Of a stretch of DNA of 64,000 nt, positions 26,069 to 39,500 are shown in pieces. Within the stretch, counting starts at the first letter, position 1, and each line of letters starts with the position of its first letter. Location of the stretch: the NCBI GenBank assembly GCA_903813345.2, contig CAIIXF020000001.1, forward strand, positions 8,556,001 through 8,620,000, read 5' to 3'. The stretch is from Owenia fusiformis (lineage: Eukaryota). Made by a program: the position numbers and the translations under genes. Under the pieces are notes generated by a model. It was not told the DNA's origin. It saw only the letters and a list, made by a program, of their open reading frames with translations, and ran no database searches.

Positions 26069-27121
26069 GCAGGTATACAGGTACAAATTGTTTTTGTGTG
26101 TTTGTTCAATATTGTATAATGGTTTATTTATATTAGAAGGAATGTTGTTTAACTTTAGTTGGGCAGTGTGCTCTGATTGGTGTGCTTTGAATATCATTAT
26201 AAAGGGTATTCAATAAGCAGATCTATATACATTTATACTTTGTTGTGATTGCTGTTAATTTATACAATACGGAAGAAATTATATAATAAACAATTATATT
26301 TTACTACATAAAAATATTACATTTCTGTTTGATAATGCAGTTTACAGGCAATAATACAATTCCATTCTATCAAAAATAAAAACAATAGTGTTTATATCAT
26401 TATTCTACTTGAAAAACAAACATTCAGCAGTATTTCATGGTCTTTCTTAAAATTAATGATATGTATCGTGAATGTCCTTCTCCATATGAGCTTACTGGGT
26501 TGATGTGGGCATTTTTATGATCAGATTTTTGATATAATTGATATATTTTGAATGTTCTTAAAAATACTGCATCATAGTTGTTGATATTATAGATATAAAC
26601 TTCATTTTCTTTTAATAACAGCGCAACTGGAAATTACTACCAGGTTTATTTTTTAAATGCTGTTTAACTTTTTTTAAAAGCAATGCTGACTTGTTAATGC
26701 ACTGGGGGGGGGGGTTTACCAAGGCGGTAGTCTTTGCCAAGGGGGGGGGGGGGAGCTTTTTGACAGTTTTGGCAAAAAATCGTACGAAAAGTGCTCGGAA
26801 TTGTGAAAAACTGCCTCCACTCAAGTCTCCACCCCCCTGGCTATGGGCCTGCCTGTATATTTATCATTTTAGAAATACAGTCTCAGGTGGACCACCTAAA
26901 ACATTCGTTCTTTGTGTTCATTTCTGATGGATTCAATCTGATGGATTCAATTTAACTTATAAAGTGATCGTTTCTAAACTCACTCCTACCAATTATGTCA
27001 TTTGGAAAACATCAAACAAGTTGTATCTTTTAAATATTTTTTATTCCCGGGAAAAGGCGCACTGGACGAAATAGTTAAAAAGCCCTGACATATTCATCCG
27101 CCATAGCACAATTTAAAAAAC

Positions 27122-27128
27122 TATAAAT
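27122..27128 (+). promoter_or_regulatory. Possible TATA box upstream of peroxidasin
   Basis: TATAAAT about 260 nt upstream of the ATG. Weak evidence in AT-rich DNA. Confidence 0.2.
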
Positions 27129-27386
27129 AGGTAAATAATGTATTTAAACAGCATCAAACCAAATTTCCAAATACATCTGGAGGCTAAAATTTGAATGACT
27201 TTTGTAATTTTACTTATTAAAGGAGTGAAAAAAATTAAAAATGTTCATCAAAAATGGGATTAACTTCTTAGCGCACTAATGTAAAGTGTGTCGTTCGGTT
27301 CATACGATCTCAAAAGTTTTCAGAAAAGTTACACGGATCAGTCTTCTGGATTATTTGTCAGGATTCTATGGATTAATTCATTCAGA

Positions 27387-27535
27387 ATGAAACTGATCTG
27401 CCTATTGCTGTTGCTTACTATACAGGGCACAGTTGGGTTCTGTCCAAGTAGATGCCTCTGCTTCAGGACTACCGTGAGATGCATGTTTCTGCAACTGGCC
27501 AGAATCCCCAAAGTTCCCCCAGAAACAACAATCTT
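27387..27535 (+). CDS. PXDN: Peroxidasin exon 1: signal peptide and LRRNT
   Basis: Hydrophobic leader, then [17 protein letters not shown]. Donor TT|gtgagt (phase 2). Confidence 0.92.
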
Positions 27536-30500
27536 GTGAGTATTCAACTCTTTATTGAACTTTTTTGTATTTGAGTTATTTTATGCAGTTGTCTCTTTCG
27601 GCATTTTACCAAACATTTTGCCATACATTGTTTTGTTATGAACTGTTTGCTTGGGAGTCATTTGACAAAACAATTTGACAATGTTCTGTCCCTGCAAGAC
27701 TGCCCTTTGCATTTTTTCGCTACGCTTTCAAAAGAGAGTTTCATCTTCACCCTTTCAGTTGACAATAAATCTCTGAACTCACCTTGCCAACCAGAGTTTG
27801 TTGTCGAAATATGGATGACTTTCCATATATGAATATTTCCTCGTCATTGCATAGTTAATGAGTAAGCATTTAGCATGTGTTCCTCCCAGTTGCTGATTGA
27901 AAAGCTCAGCGTGGTAGGTTTGAAATGATTTGTGACCTGGGCTGTCTCAGGTACCAGTCTTGGGGGTGGGGCTGCTAAACGGTGTCATTGATGCATTGTT
28001 TTCAGAGATTAGCATGAGAAAGCCTCTGTTAATATCTATTTCAAATAACCATTTCTCTTCTAAAACTGTTTCCACTAACCCCTCCAATAATAAGAACTAT
28101 CATAAAATCTGTATAGTATATTACATAGTCAGTCAGCAGTATAGGTAATGCAATAGGTTCATTGGCTAGTTCATAGTTTCAGTGAAGCTAATTACTAGTA
28201 AGACTACCACCACATCTGGCCTACAGTAATAAATACCACTGTTCTGCTCTTGCAAAAATTATTTTATGTTAGACAAAAGTGCTAATGATTCATATATGAA
28301 GAGCTTTCTTTTTCCAATTTAAGTTCCAAAATATAAAAAATAAATCAATCTGTTGCATTAAGATTACATCTCATTTTCAAGAACAATCTATTTCTGTTCA
28401 TAAGCAAACTTTTGTTATTAATGTTAAAAATAACACAAAGTATGCACAGAAGCATCTTGATGAATGATGGCAAAAGTAGTTGGAATTTACATTTACATAC
28501 TAAAATATTATCTTATAGTTTAAATGAACAATTTTAGGCCTTTTATCAGGAGACAGTGTGGATTAGGTTTGCAGCTTTGTGAGTTGTGTACATAGTCTTG
28601 CTGATAACTCTGTGTCTCTTACACAAGTATGCAGGAAATGTTTCATAAACCTACATGAACGATAACTTTTCTGGTATTTCCTCAAAAACCAATTTTGGTT
28701 AGATTAGGAGATATACTCTAATCCTGTTTGATGGATGGGATGGATGCATTGTACATATACTGTAGTCATCAGTTTACTTTCATATAGCAGGCTATTAGAT
28801 AAAATATGGTGTCATACAATTGTATATTTATATGATGCTTACCTATATAATATTACCTATGCAGTGTTTTCACCAGGATTTTTTCTCAATAGGTGCAATA
28901 TTATTATTTTTTCAGTTTTGCCCAAAAAATGATCAAAATATGCCAGTTTTTTATGAATTTTTCCAACTTTGAAGTGGATGCAAATGGGTTTTCAGGTGGT
29001 TGCAAGCTTATTTTTTAAAATTTCAAGTGGGTGCTGTGCCCACTCACTTCAATGCTGGGGAGATCTTATTAGAAGTAATGAAATTGAGTTAGGACAGTGA
29101 GGAGAATGAGTACATACTTTCCAAAATAAAAATAGAATGTTTTCTTTGTGATTCACCAGAATGTTTTTCAATCACTGTTAAGGAAGAGGAAGAAGAGAGG
29201 CATCCTACCTGAAGGGAATATTATTCTTTATAGGATGAGCTTTTTGTACTATTTACACACTGACTAGCTAGATTTATAAACATACACTGACTAGATCTTT
29301 AATTAATATGGCAAGAATTTTTTGGAATAACTTCAATCATGCATCTCTACTACTGATTATATCCTCCACCTCTTCAGTAAATGAATCCTAACTCATTAAC
29401 AGTTTTCCAATTTATCTCTGTTTTGGTGAATATATTCATCATTCCACAATTTAGAAATTCATTGACAACAACAGTGATAGCTTGGGGACAATAGTATCAA
29501 CACAAACTCCATTTGTTTTATAGAATAAAAATGTATGTGGTTGTCTCCAAAGTCCAACATGGCTCCAGTAGCCAATATAGCTAAATAAAAAAACTGCTTT
29601 TTGTCTACATTTGAGGAAAACGTCACCAATACCTATTATGGAAGCCAGTAATAATGACTGGCGACCACTATTTCTATTGTACATATCGCTCAGCAGACTG
29701 AAGGTTATGGACCTCCTTGAGCGGGTAACTTGAGCAGGTATAATCATATTTATTAAATGTTAATATTGGATTGAATTTGAATGCATATTTTAGAATAATC
29801 TACAGCAGTATTAGCTTGAACCATCAATTTTCAATAAACTTATACCACAAATTTCAAAATGTGGAAATGTAAATCTGCAAAATTAAAAGATTGTCTGTCT
29901 TTAAGATTGAAGTTATGGTTCCATTTAAGAAATGCTGAAGATTTCTGCCCCATTTTGTTCACATCTTGTAGAGGGCATTGACCCTCCTTGTCTGAGCTGC
30001 GTCTAATAATATGAAGTTACAACGAGTTAATAAAATATAGTAGACACTTTGCTTTTTAATTCTGTATAGAAAAATGTCCTGTAATGTTTTTTATTTGTTT
30101 ACCACTAAGAACATTCTGATACTGAGACATCTTTATCGAACTCTTTAAATAGTAACATGAAATATGTCTACAGTTAAATGTTATAAATACAACTTCAGAC
30201 AGCGACCTCTTGATCGAAATGACCTCTGTATACACTATGTATACATGTATCATTTGTACAGGGTGGTCCACAAAATGCAGCCTATGAATATGAAATATTC
30301 CGCATTGTATTTGCAATATCATTATCATTAGATACTTCAAAGATAATGTGTATGAATGTACCTCAAGGAAAATATGTGTGAAAGAACTAAAAGATAATGT
30401 GTATGAATGCACTTAAGGAAAATGTGTAAGAAAGTACTTCAAGGATAATGTCACTTGTGTGTGAAAGATGATGTATATGAAAGTACTTTAAGGATAATGT

Positions 30501-33500
30501 GGAAGCACTACAAAGGTATTTGTTTGATAGCACTTCAAGGATAATGTGTTTGTATGCATTACAAAGATAATATATATGAAAGCCTATAAGGATAATGTGT
30601 ATGAAAGCACTTCAAGGATAGTATGTATAAAAGCACTTTAAGGATAATGTGTATGAAAGCACTTCAAGGATAGTATGTATAAAAGCACTTTAAGGATAAT
30701 GTGTATGAAAGCACTTCAAAGATTATATGTATTAAAGCATTTCAAGGATAATATGTTTGAAAGCATTTCAGAGAAAATGTGTTTGAAAGCACTTCAAGGA
30801 TTATATGTATGAAAGTACTTCAAAGATAATTTATATGAAAGCAATTCAAGGACAATGTGTATGAACACAATCTAGACTTGCTTACTCAGGCAAATCATGA
30901 CATATTAGCAAGGGTATATCATTGACAAAGTTATTCCAAAAACGAATTGAGGGTTGCATATTTTGGGGTCACGTTGTATTACTGGTTTTAGGAGCTAAAA
31001 CTCTCAAAACAAGTTATCTATTTTGAACCATCAATGTCTGCAATTTTATTTGAAGCAAAAATCAATAGAGCATATACGTATAAATCAATAAAAAACAAAG
31101 AATCATCTATTCACATTGAAATATTTTTTGTTTTTATTGCCCGTAGAGACACATTCAAAGCTATGCTCCCAGTATGTGTTGATTACATATTCTAGACATA
31201 TAGACCTGTTCATTCTTGTGCTTCAGCTATCAGCTAAGTTTTAGGTGAAGAAGTTTTAGGTACATTCTTCCTAGTCTCATTTCGGATATTTAACTACTTG
31301 TAACTAATGTGACATATACATGCATTTTTGTTTAATGTTATTCTGCAAAGCATGAGTTTAAGAGAAGAATGTTTACCATTGGGAGAAACATTTTCAAAAA
31401 AATCTTAAAAGATACTTTTTTCTTCAATATTTTTACATCTCCCAGGATTCCAAAATTGTCTACATTAACTGATATTGCCTCTTTTTGCCTTTTAGACTCT
31501 TAATTATTCCTTATTTAATATTATAACTTAAAATCCCCATTCAGGGAAAATAGATATATGTAGATTTATGTGTTCATTTTTATCAAAAATAGATAAAAAT
31601 GTTAATCATTTGAAGTGTGTAATTATGCATATGTGCATTTTAATAGGCATGAAGGATGTCATGTATTGGCCATTGCGATGAATTATCAAATGAATTACTG
31701 CATGTAAATTGGTCAAAGAGGCCACTTTATATTTCATTGACCGATCATACACTACTGTAATTGATGTCAAGGAGACATTGTAAATCATAAATTGGATATT
31801 GTATTGGCCTATGATCAATGTTGTTTGATAAGTTTGGCCTATCTTGGATTAGGAAGTTATGAAAATCAAACTGGTTAATGAGTATTCAGTGGCCAAGGAT
31901 ACATAAGTTATTGAATGATTTGAAGTGTAATACAGGATATATTGTGCTCGAGAAATTCTGTGTTGGCACGAAAAGAAGTCGAGTGCAAATACAGAATATC
32001 GAGAGCACAATATATCCTGTTTTGCACTTCATATCATTCTATTACGTTTTGTGGATATTACATTGACAAATCAGAATTATAGGTATTTTACAAGTTGAGA
32101 TAATAGAGTTTTGATAAATCATTGAGAATATTTAAATCAATGATCTCAACTACTCTGTAACTAAGAATATATAACATTTTTACAACATTTATGTCAATAT
32201 ATGTTGTGAACTTTCGATGGTCTACATTGAATTTTGAGAGCTCTGGTAAACTTGACCTTACTGTGATCTCCCTACATCAAAGGTGGTCACCTATACACCT
32301 CCAATGGTCATGTAACTGATCAGTAGTGGAGCTGACAGGTGATAAACATGGATTACGTTGTTTGTACTTTACATGTGAATCACCTTTGATTCACTATATC
32401 TTACGTTTACATCATATACAATGAATGGTAATGTAACAAGTGTGATACCAATTAATCCTGCATCTTTATTAATTAATACTTATCAGTTAAGATGGTATTT
32501 CCTAACTGAAGTGTTTATTGTTGAATGGGATGATTTTAAGTATTTCAAGCACTTCTATTTAAATATCAAGTGCTCTAATTTATAAATATAGACATCCCTA
32601 GTCGGTACTTGAAACTATCCTCAGAGGTTTACACCCGGGCACAAATATTTACTTACTGTATCTTTAAAGATGGGAATACATATGGTATTGTAGAGCAACT
32701 TGAACTGATAATCAGGTGAATCTCCTAAGAGACCTATAAATCCTGTTGTCTATTGATACAATGGACTAAATGGTGCAAAATCTACATGCAAATGGCATAT
32801 TCTTTGATTAATAATGTTCCATTGACTAAATTTTGATTCCTTCTGGTATCCAAAGCTCCTACTCCTCTGAAAAATAGTCTGCATAGCTACTTCAGAGAGA
32901 GAGGGTAATATTAAAAGCTTGTTTTAAGATTACAAATATTCTATATATTTCTATATCTTCTGAATATATAAACAATTTGTAATCCCAAACAAAACAATTT
33001 GTTTTGTTTTAAACACTTATTAACATAATAGATACTAAAAGCTTGTTAACAAAGCACTGCAGAGGTGTTACACAGGCACAAAATCTTTCCTTATGAAGCT
33101 TGTCAAAATGCTTCTACATCAGGAAGGAATTTAACATGACTGTATAACATACCATTGTAAGATATAATATACCTATCTCCAGATCTTTCTGATAGCTGTC
33201 TATGGTATTATTATAACATCTAGTAATTCCTGAAGACTTTATGGGCTTCATTCCTTATTTTGAAGTGAGGAAATACCACATTCAAAATATATACAATAGA
33301 AAGCATCTAACCTGTATGTATTTTTCTGAGGAGCATATCTGTTAACAGACGTGTTGCCCTGAGGGAACAAGTCAAGGATTACCCTTTGCATTCGTTTGAC
33401 TACACTTCTTAAAAGAGAGCTTCGTCTTCACTCTTTCAAACTAAAATAAACCTGTGAACTCACCGCGCCAATCAGTGTTCGTCGGCCAAAATTGACCGAC

Positions 33501-36500
33501 GTTCTATATATGGTCATTCCTTCTGACGTCATCGTTGAGCCCGGAATTGACCAATGGCATGCGCATATTTAATTAGAACGCATTCGCCGTATGTTTCTTC
33601 AAGCTCGCTGATTGGTGGAAGGTCAGCGCGTAGGTCAAAAGTGATTTACCCATACTGTCACCGGTACCCATCATGGGGCGGGGCTACTAAACTGTAATAT
33701 GGTCTCTACTAGGCAGAGTGTAGTTTAACTAGACTCTGCACGCAGGGTAGTCAAGGATCAGGACTGAACAAATTAAATACATCTGCATGGCAACATGGAT
33801 TCAATCCAATGTCTGTCAATAACTAATTCTTTTTCAAATGTATAACATACTAGTACTCAGAATGCACATTGTGACCATTAAGTTTGTTTATCTCATTATA
33901 AAATGTCTTATTTGTAAATTATACATATCTTAGAAATCTGTTTCTTGTTTGATGTTTAAACTACCTGAGGGAGTAAGCTGTCACATGTAGCATACAGCAG
34001 TACCACCATGTTAATATTTGTTGAATTTTCTTTTGCAAAGTGTTGAAAACTCTATGAAGTAGGCATAGTAGGAGGTGCGCATTTTCTTATATGTAACACA
34101 TTCTAATTTTGTCTTTTACCTGTGCCATATCAAAAATGCTTTTCAGTAGCATACTTTTGTTATGTATGTTTCTGTAACTGGTACCCATTACTCTGAATTA
34201 CATTTGCTATTACAATTGTCCCGTTTCATTTTGATTTGAGCATATTGTAATATATACGTAATAGGTCTTTAGGATAAGATCTTATATACATATTGGATTA
34301 TACTTTATGGGTCAGTCTATTGGACTTTTGGATAAGGTCGGCTTGTCCAGAGCAGAAAGGTATACATTTCTACAATTACTAGAATGTTCATGTTCATTTG
34401 AACAATGTCTATTGAGCTGAACAATATATGGTCAGGAGATAAGTGATTGAAATCAACTAAGAAATGAACAACCCAGGGCCAAGAAAACATGGACATCATT
34501 TAGCTATTCCTAACAATTGGCAAAGCCCTTGATGACCAATTTTATAGTAGTTGTATAAGCTCACATCTTAGTTAACTCAGCTCCTGTTAGTCAAACTCAG
34601 TGAAGACCGATCGTGAGAAGATGATAAGCCTACCCATATCTCTGTATTTTCAAGGATTTTTTATCAGTTATATCTTAGAATTTGTTGGTTCCAATGGTAA
34701 ATTGTATTTTACCACAACATCCAGAGCAGTCATATATGTTTCATTTTAATTGCTCCAAATGCTTCATTGGTATCTGGCATGAGTATGTTTGGATCGATGA
34801 AATGATTAAGTTCAAACCACTCTTAATTTGAAGTCTATGGTCGGGCTGAAACATTCTTGACTGGCAACTTTTGACATATTATATTCAGTATAATGTTCAA
34901 ATTCAAACTGTTTTTGTTCCCTCTATGGATTCCTAGATCCGTCCCAGAGTGACACTTTGGAACAATGCGGGTTTAGCTTTTCAGTTGTTTTCCTTCAAGA
35001 ATCTACTTGTATTTATATCTTTTAAGACCCAGACTCAAAAAGGCTCTGGGGAATGTGTGTAAACCACATCCTTCTTTGAACATACCACATAGAAAAGAGG
35101 TTTGTTTTGCAAACTTGTGGGAATGTTTGCTCTTATCAAAATTTGCAATTTGTTAAATTACTTTTTGATACAGTATGTATACATGCAAATGTTTTGCCAG
35201 CTTAATATTACAATGTTGGTGAAAGACTGACACGAAAAAGCATGAAAAACAAGGCTCAAAAACACAGCATAAAAGAAATTTGGGAATGAGAAATATTAAC
35301 ATTTGTTCCACACATACTTTGTTGAAACAGCACCAATGAGTATTATGCTCAATTGAAATTGCTTTAATATTTTACAAAGTATTGCTATAATTTATGTAAG
35401 GTGTACCAGCTAATCTATCCTTATAGTTCGGCTACTATGAAGTTCTTTATTGAACTAGACCTGTTGTTGCTAGAACTACTTGGAGATGTACATCATGTCT
35501 TTAGCACCCAGTTATTATGTTGAAAGTTCCCATTCAAGATATTTTTAAACAAACTGTGAAATTTATGAGCCTTCTCCAAAAAGAAACTACCTATGTATAT
35601 AAAGTCATCTAATATTATGGAGAAAAGTAATATGTTTGGTTATTCTTGTATTTAGTTATTTCAAAATATCTTTCAATTATTATGTACATATTTTGATTTA
35701 TTTGGTACTTTACATTCTTCAAAGGGCTTGCCTTCACCTCACATAAGATTGCAGATACAGGTGAACCTTGTTCAACTGGGAACTGGAAAATGTTTAATTA
35801 TGCTCATAGTTTATTTGGCTAGTAAACTGAAACAAAGAACAGTAGGTTCAAATTATCATTTTCAAGTTTCTTAACAGTTTATTTGAAATTAAGTATAATG
35901 TTCGTAAAGCAAAAAACCACAATGTGACAGAATTATAAAAAATGAGACCAATATGTTATTGTTCAAAAGTGAAAACATATAATTCTGATATGCGACTGTA
36001 TGCAAGGTGTCAACATTCTGTTTGCCCGATAAATCTAGTTAAATTAATGAGTTTAACATCTCTTTTGGTTGCTTGTATCTCTTCTTTGAAAAATAAAACT
36101 TAAAGATTAATAAAGAAAACTCCTAATGAATAGTAAAGGAAGGTTTACTCCTCATTCTCAATAAAAAGGGCAAATCAGAAAATGTCCTAAAATGTATTCT
36201 GTCAAACTTGAGGTCTGTAAGTGCAATTTGTGGATGGAGTGAAAGGCCCTATGTATACTTTGGAAATATTGTTTAATCCAATTTGTATTTGTCATTGACT
36301 TAGAAAAAAGTTGTTAGGTCTTAATTTTCAAAATTTTGTTTGAACTTTGTGCCATTGTATCAGCAAAAGTTACATGATATTAACCATTTAACATTTTTTG
36401 TGCATATATTAGATTGTATATCATTTCTAAAAGTGACATCACCGGGTTACGTTGTGATGTCACTTAGGATGCAGTATTCCTTTACTAAATTCTTCAATTT

Positions 36501-39500
36501 ATATGTCACTATCACAAGTGGTAATATGTTGTTACAGTCTCCAACTTTTTAGTGGACATCAGTTGGTGTTCAATGTTCGGTTATGGGTATGTGGCGGTCA
36601 GCTTCTAACAAATGGTATCTGTAACAAATGGCAGGTAGTGACATTTTGCATGTTAATGCCTTGTGTTTCTCTTTTTAATCCCTTGAATGCCAAAACCATG
36701 TTGTTGTCTTTAGTTGAAAAGAAGTGTTCATCATGGTTTAAGTATCTCTATACTTTTGTTTTCAATGAAATCTAAAGCTAAAATGTATTTTTCTCTGAAC
36801 CAACTTTCTGCACTTAAGAATTCTCTATTTTTCAGCCAGTCTTCATTTTTCAAAGCAAAATACACTAGATTAGGATAGATGTATGATGCCTTGGTGTGAA
36901 GTATGGTTACTTAGAGATATGCATGAAAACAAAATTCTAAAAAAAAGATAAATTTACGATTTTGTGAAATCAAAAAAGAAGTTTTTATTACAATTTATTT
37001 AAACTTTACAAGGGGACTTAAGCAAGTTTTTATTTTTTCATTTTCCATGTTTCTATCATTCAGTTTTCTATTGAACAATGTCATTATTAAAGTGTTCCCT
37101 CCAGGATTTTAATCTGAAGGATTTTTTTATAATATTTTGGGGTTTGGTTTTTTTGTGTAATATTTGATTTTGATTTTTGAAACTTTATTTGAAGAACATT
37201 AAACATTTGAACAAAACAGATACATTCCATACCTACTGAAAGTACATTCTACTTCCCAAAGTTCCATTTTTAAAAATAAATAATGAATATTTGAAATTAG
37301 AAAAATATTGCTCCATATGATACTATTCCAGGTGTTATGTATCTTGAACCTCAGTAGATGCATGTACATGCACAATATATCTTGTTTCCCATGAAGGATG
37401 GAATCCCTTTCCATATGCACATTATACATTCACAATTATACATTAAAAGGATTGTTTCTTTGAATGTAATTGAATCGAAGGTTAACCATCTACTTGAAAT
37501 GTTGTGCATGCATTATCTGTTCAGGTAGTAGGCAATTAAGTCAAGGACTATAACAAATAAAACTGTCACAAAATATATATAGGTATACCCATTTGGAGTA
37601 TTTATACTCAGATTGGGAGATAAATTAGACAAAGGTGAACAATCAACAGTTATCTCCCATTTAAATAATATATTCTTTTGAATTTTGAGGCACTTTTATT
37701 CAGATGTAAGTTTTTGAGCAAGTGGAAACTGTTAGAGAAGGAGAAAGCATAAGGAATAAATGTCAGACAAGTGTCCTCCCTAAATGAACATCATCATTAG
37801 GAGGGAAAGATGTGAAAGTGTGAACCTGGATTCACCTATTATATCTCTAGCTCAAGGGAAATAATATAGTAAAATCTGTCTTAGTAAACACTGTGTTTAG
37901 TGAACACCACTTCAAGACACATTTTACATTGACTCATGCATAGCATCCCCTCTCTGTAGTGAACACCTACCAACAGTGAACAGTTTTTGTGGATCCATAG
38001 GTGTCCACTATATATAATACAGGTTTTACTATATTTTTAGGAAGCTTTTATCAACGTTGATGCTTATTTTCTGCCTTTTCAAATCTCGTCAATTTCCTGG
38101 AGATTTGTAAAGATGCAATTAATTGCTCAAAAGTTAAAAAATTAATAAGTACATGTAAACCAGACAAAAGTTTATCGAAGAATACATGGCCTTGCTTCCT
38201 GTATTCTGTGGCTTATTAATCTTGCTCCCCTGCATGTATACAGTGCTGTAATTAATCATACGTAAATGCCAATGATCATATAAATTACCCCCCAAAATAC
38301 ATGTTGCCTGAATTTACGGGGAAAGCAATAGTCTGTAGTCTACAATCTTACACACTCATTCATGCCAAGATTTTTTATCCCTGGCAAAACTTTAACAAGT
38401 ACCAATGTTAGATGACTGTTTAATTAAAGGAAAAATTGACTGATAACTGTAAAGTGTTTTTGTCCACCTTCCTGTCTGTTTCAACCTGCCAGTTTCTGGT
38501 AGGACTGTAGATTGAGAGGGTAGAGTTGTTGAACATAACTAGGTCACTGTGACTCTTATATCTAGTTTATTGCTGTCACCCATGATTACATTGACGTTAC
38601 ACAACAAGAGGTCTTGCCTCACATTAACTAGCAACGTGTGTAGCTGGTTGTAATATGTATGGCCAAAATAATTGAAGAAATAGCTATAAAGATCATTTTG
38701 CGTATGTACCCTAGTCTATTGTCAAGATGATTTGCACAAAAGAGAGTGTGATGTGAAGTCAAACACACTTGCATTGACAATAATATTTTACATAGAGCTT
38801 TATAATGATTATTTCGACCTATGATTTTTTTTGAAAATTTCTTTTTGCCTGCCTGCAAGGTTTCATTGAAATTAAAAAGAAATCTGAAAAAAGGGACAGA
38901 AAGTTGCATTTATATGAGCTTCTAACCTGTATTTGTTGATCTTCTGTTAAGTTTCATTTCCTTCATTGGTATATATTATTAGACAATAGATATATACCAT
39001 CATCATATAATATCATTGACATATTTTTATGTTCATGTATTTGCAGAGATCTGAGGTTCAACCATATAAAAGACATTCCAGTAGGGACGTTCAGAGGTCT
39101 ACCGAAGCTCAACACATTGTAAGTTTTCTTGACTAAATATAATGTACTCTCGTTAATTTTATACTAAGTATACAACACCCACAGAGATTGTGTTAATAAT
39201 ATACAGGATTTCTAGTAATTATAGGTGTACTTCAAAATATAACTTTTTTGTATGAATTGCATACCAATTAGTAAGTGAAAATTAATATTAACTGGTTTTG
39301 AAGCATATGCAATGTGGATACCCTCCACAGCCCTACCATTAAAACATCATATTTAATTACATATACTTTTTTATATCGATGTAAGTTATTCGACAACTAT
39401 TCTATGGTACTCTCTTATTTAAAACCAGTAATTGCTTGTTCAATTGAAGAAGACATTTATATATTGTTGTTTTTAAAATAATCTTAACAGTGTTTTTAAA

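Noticed and set aside
26690..26852. G-tracts and a cccctggctatgggcctg end as a G-quadruplex or promoter
   Set aside because: It looks like one end of a decayed hAT-like MITE, but I found no matching other end or TSD. Similar unresolved remnants lie at about 85-178, 28861-29060 and 48276-48540.
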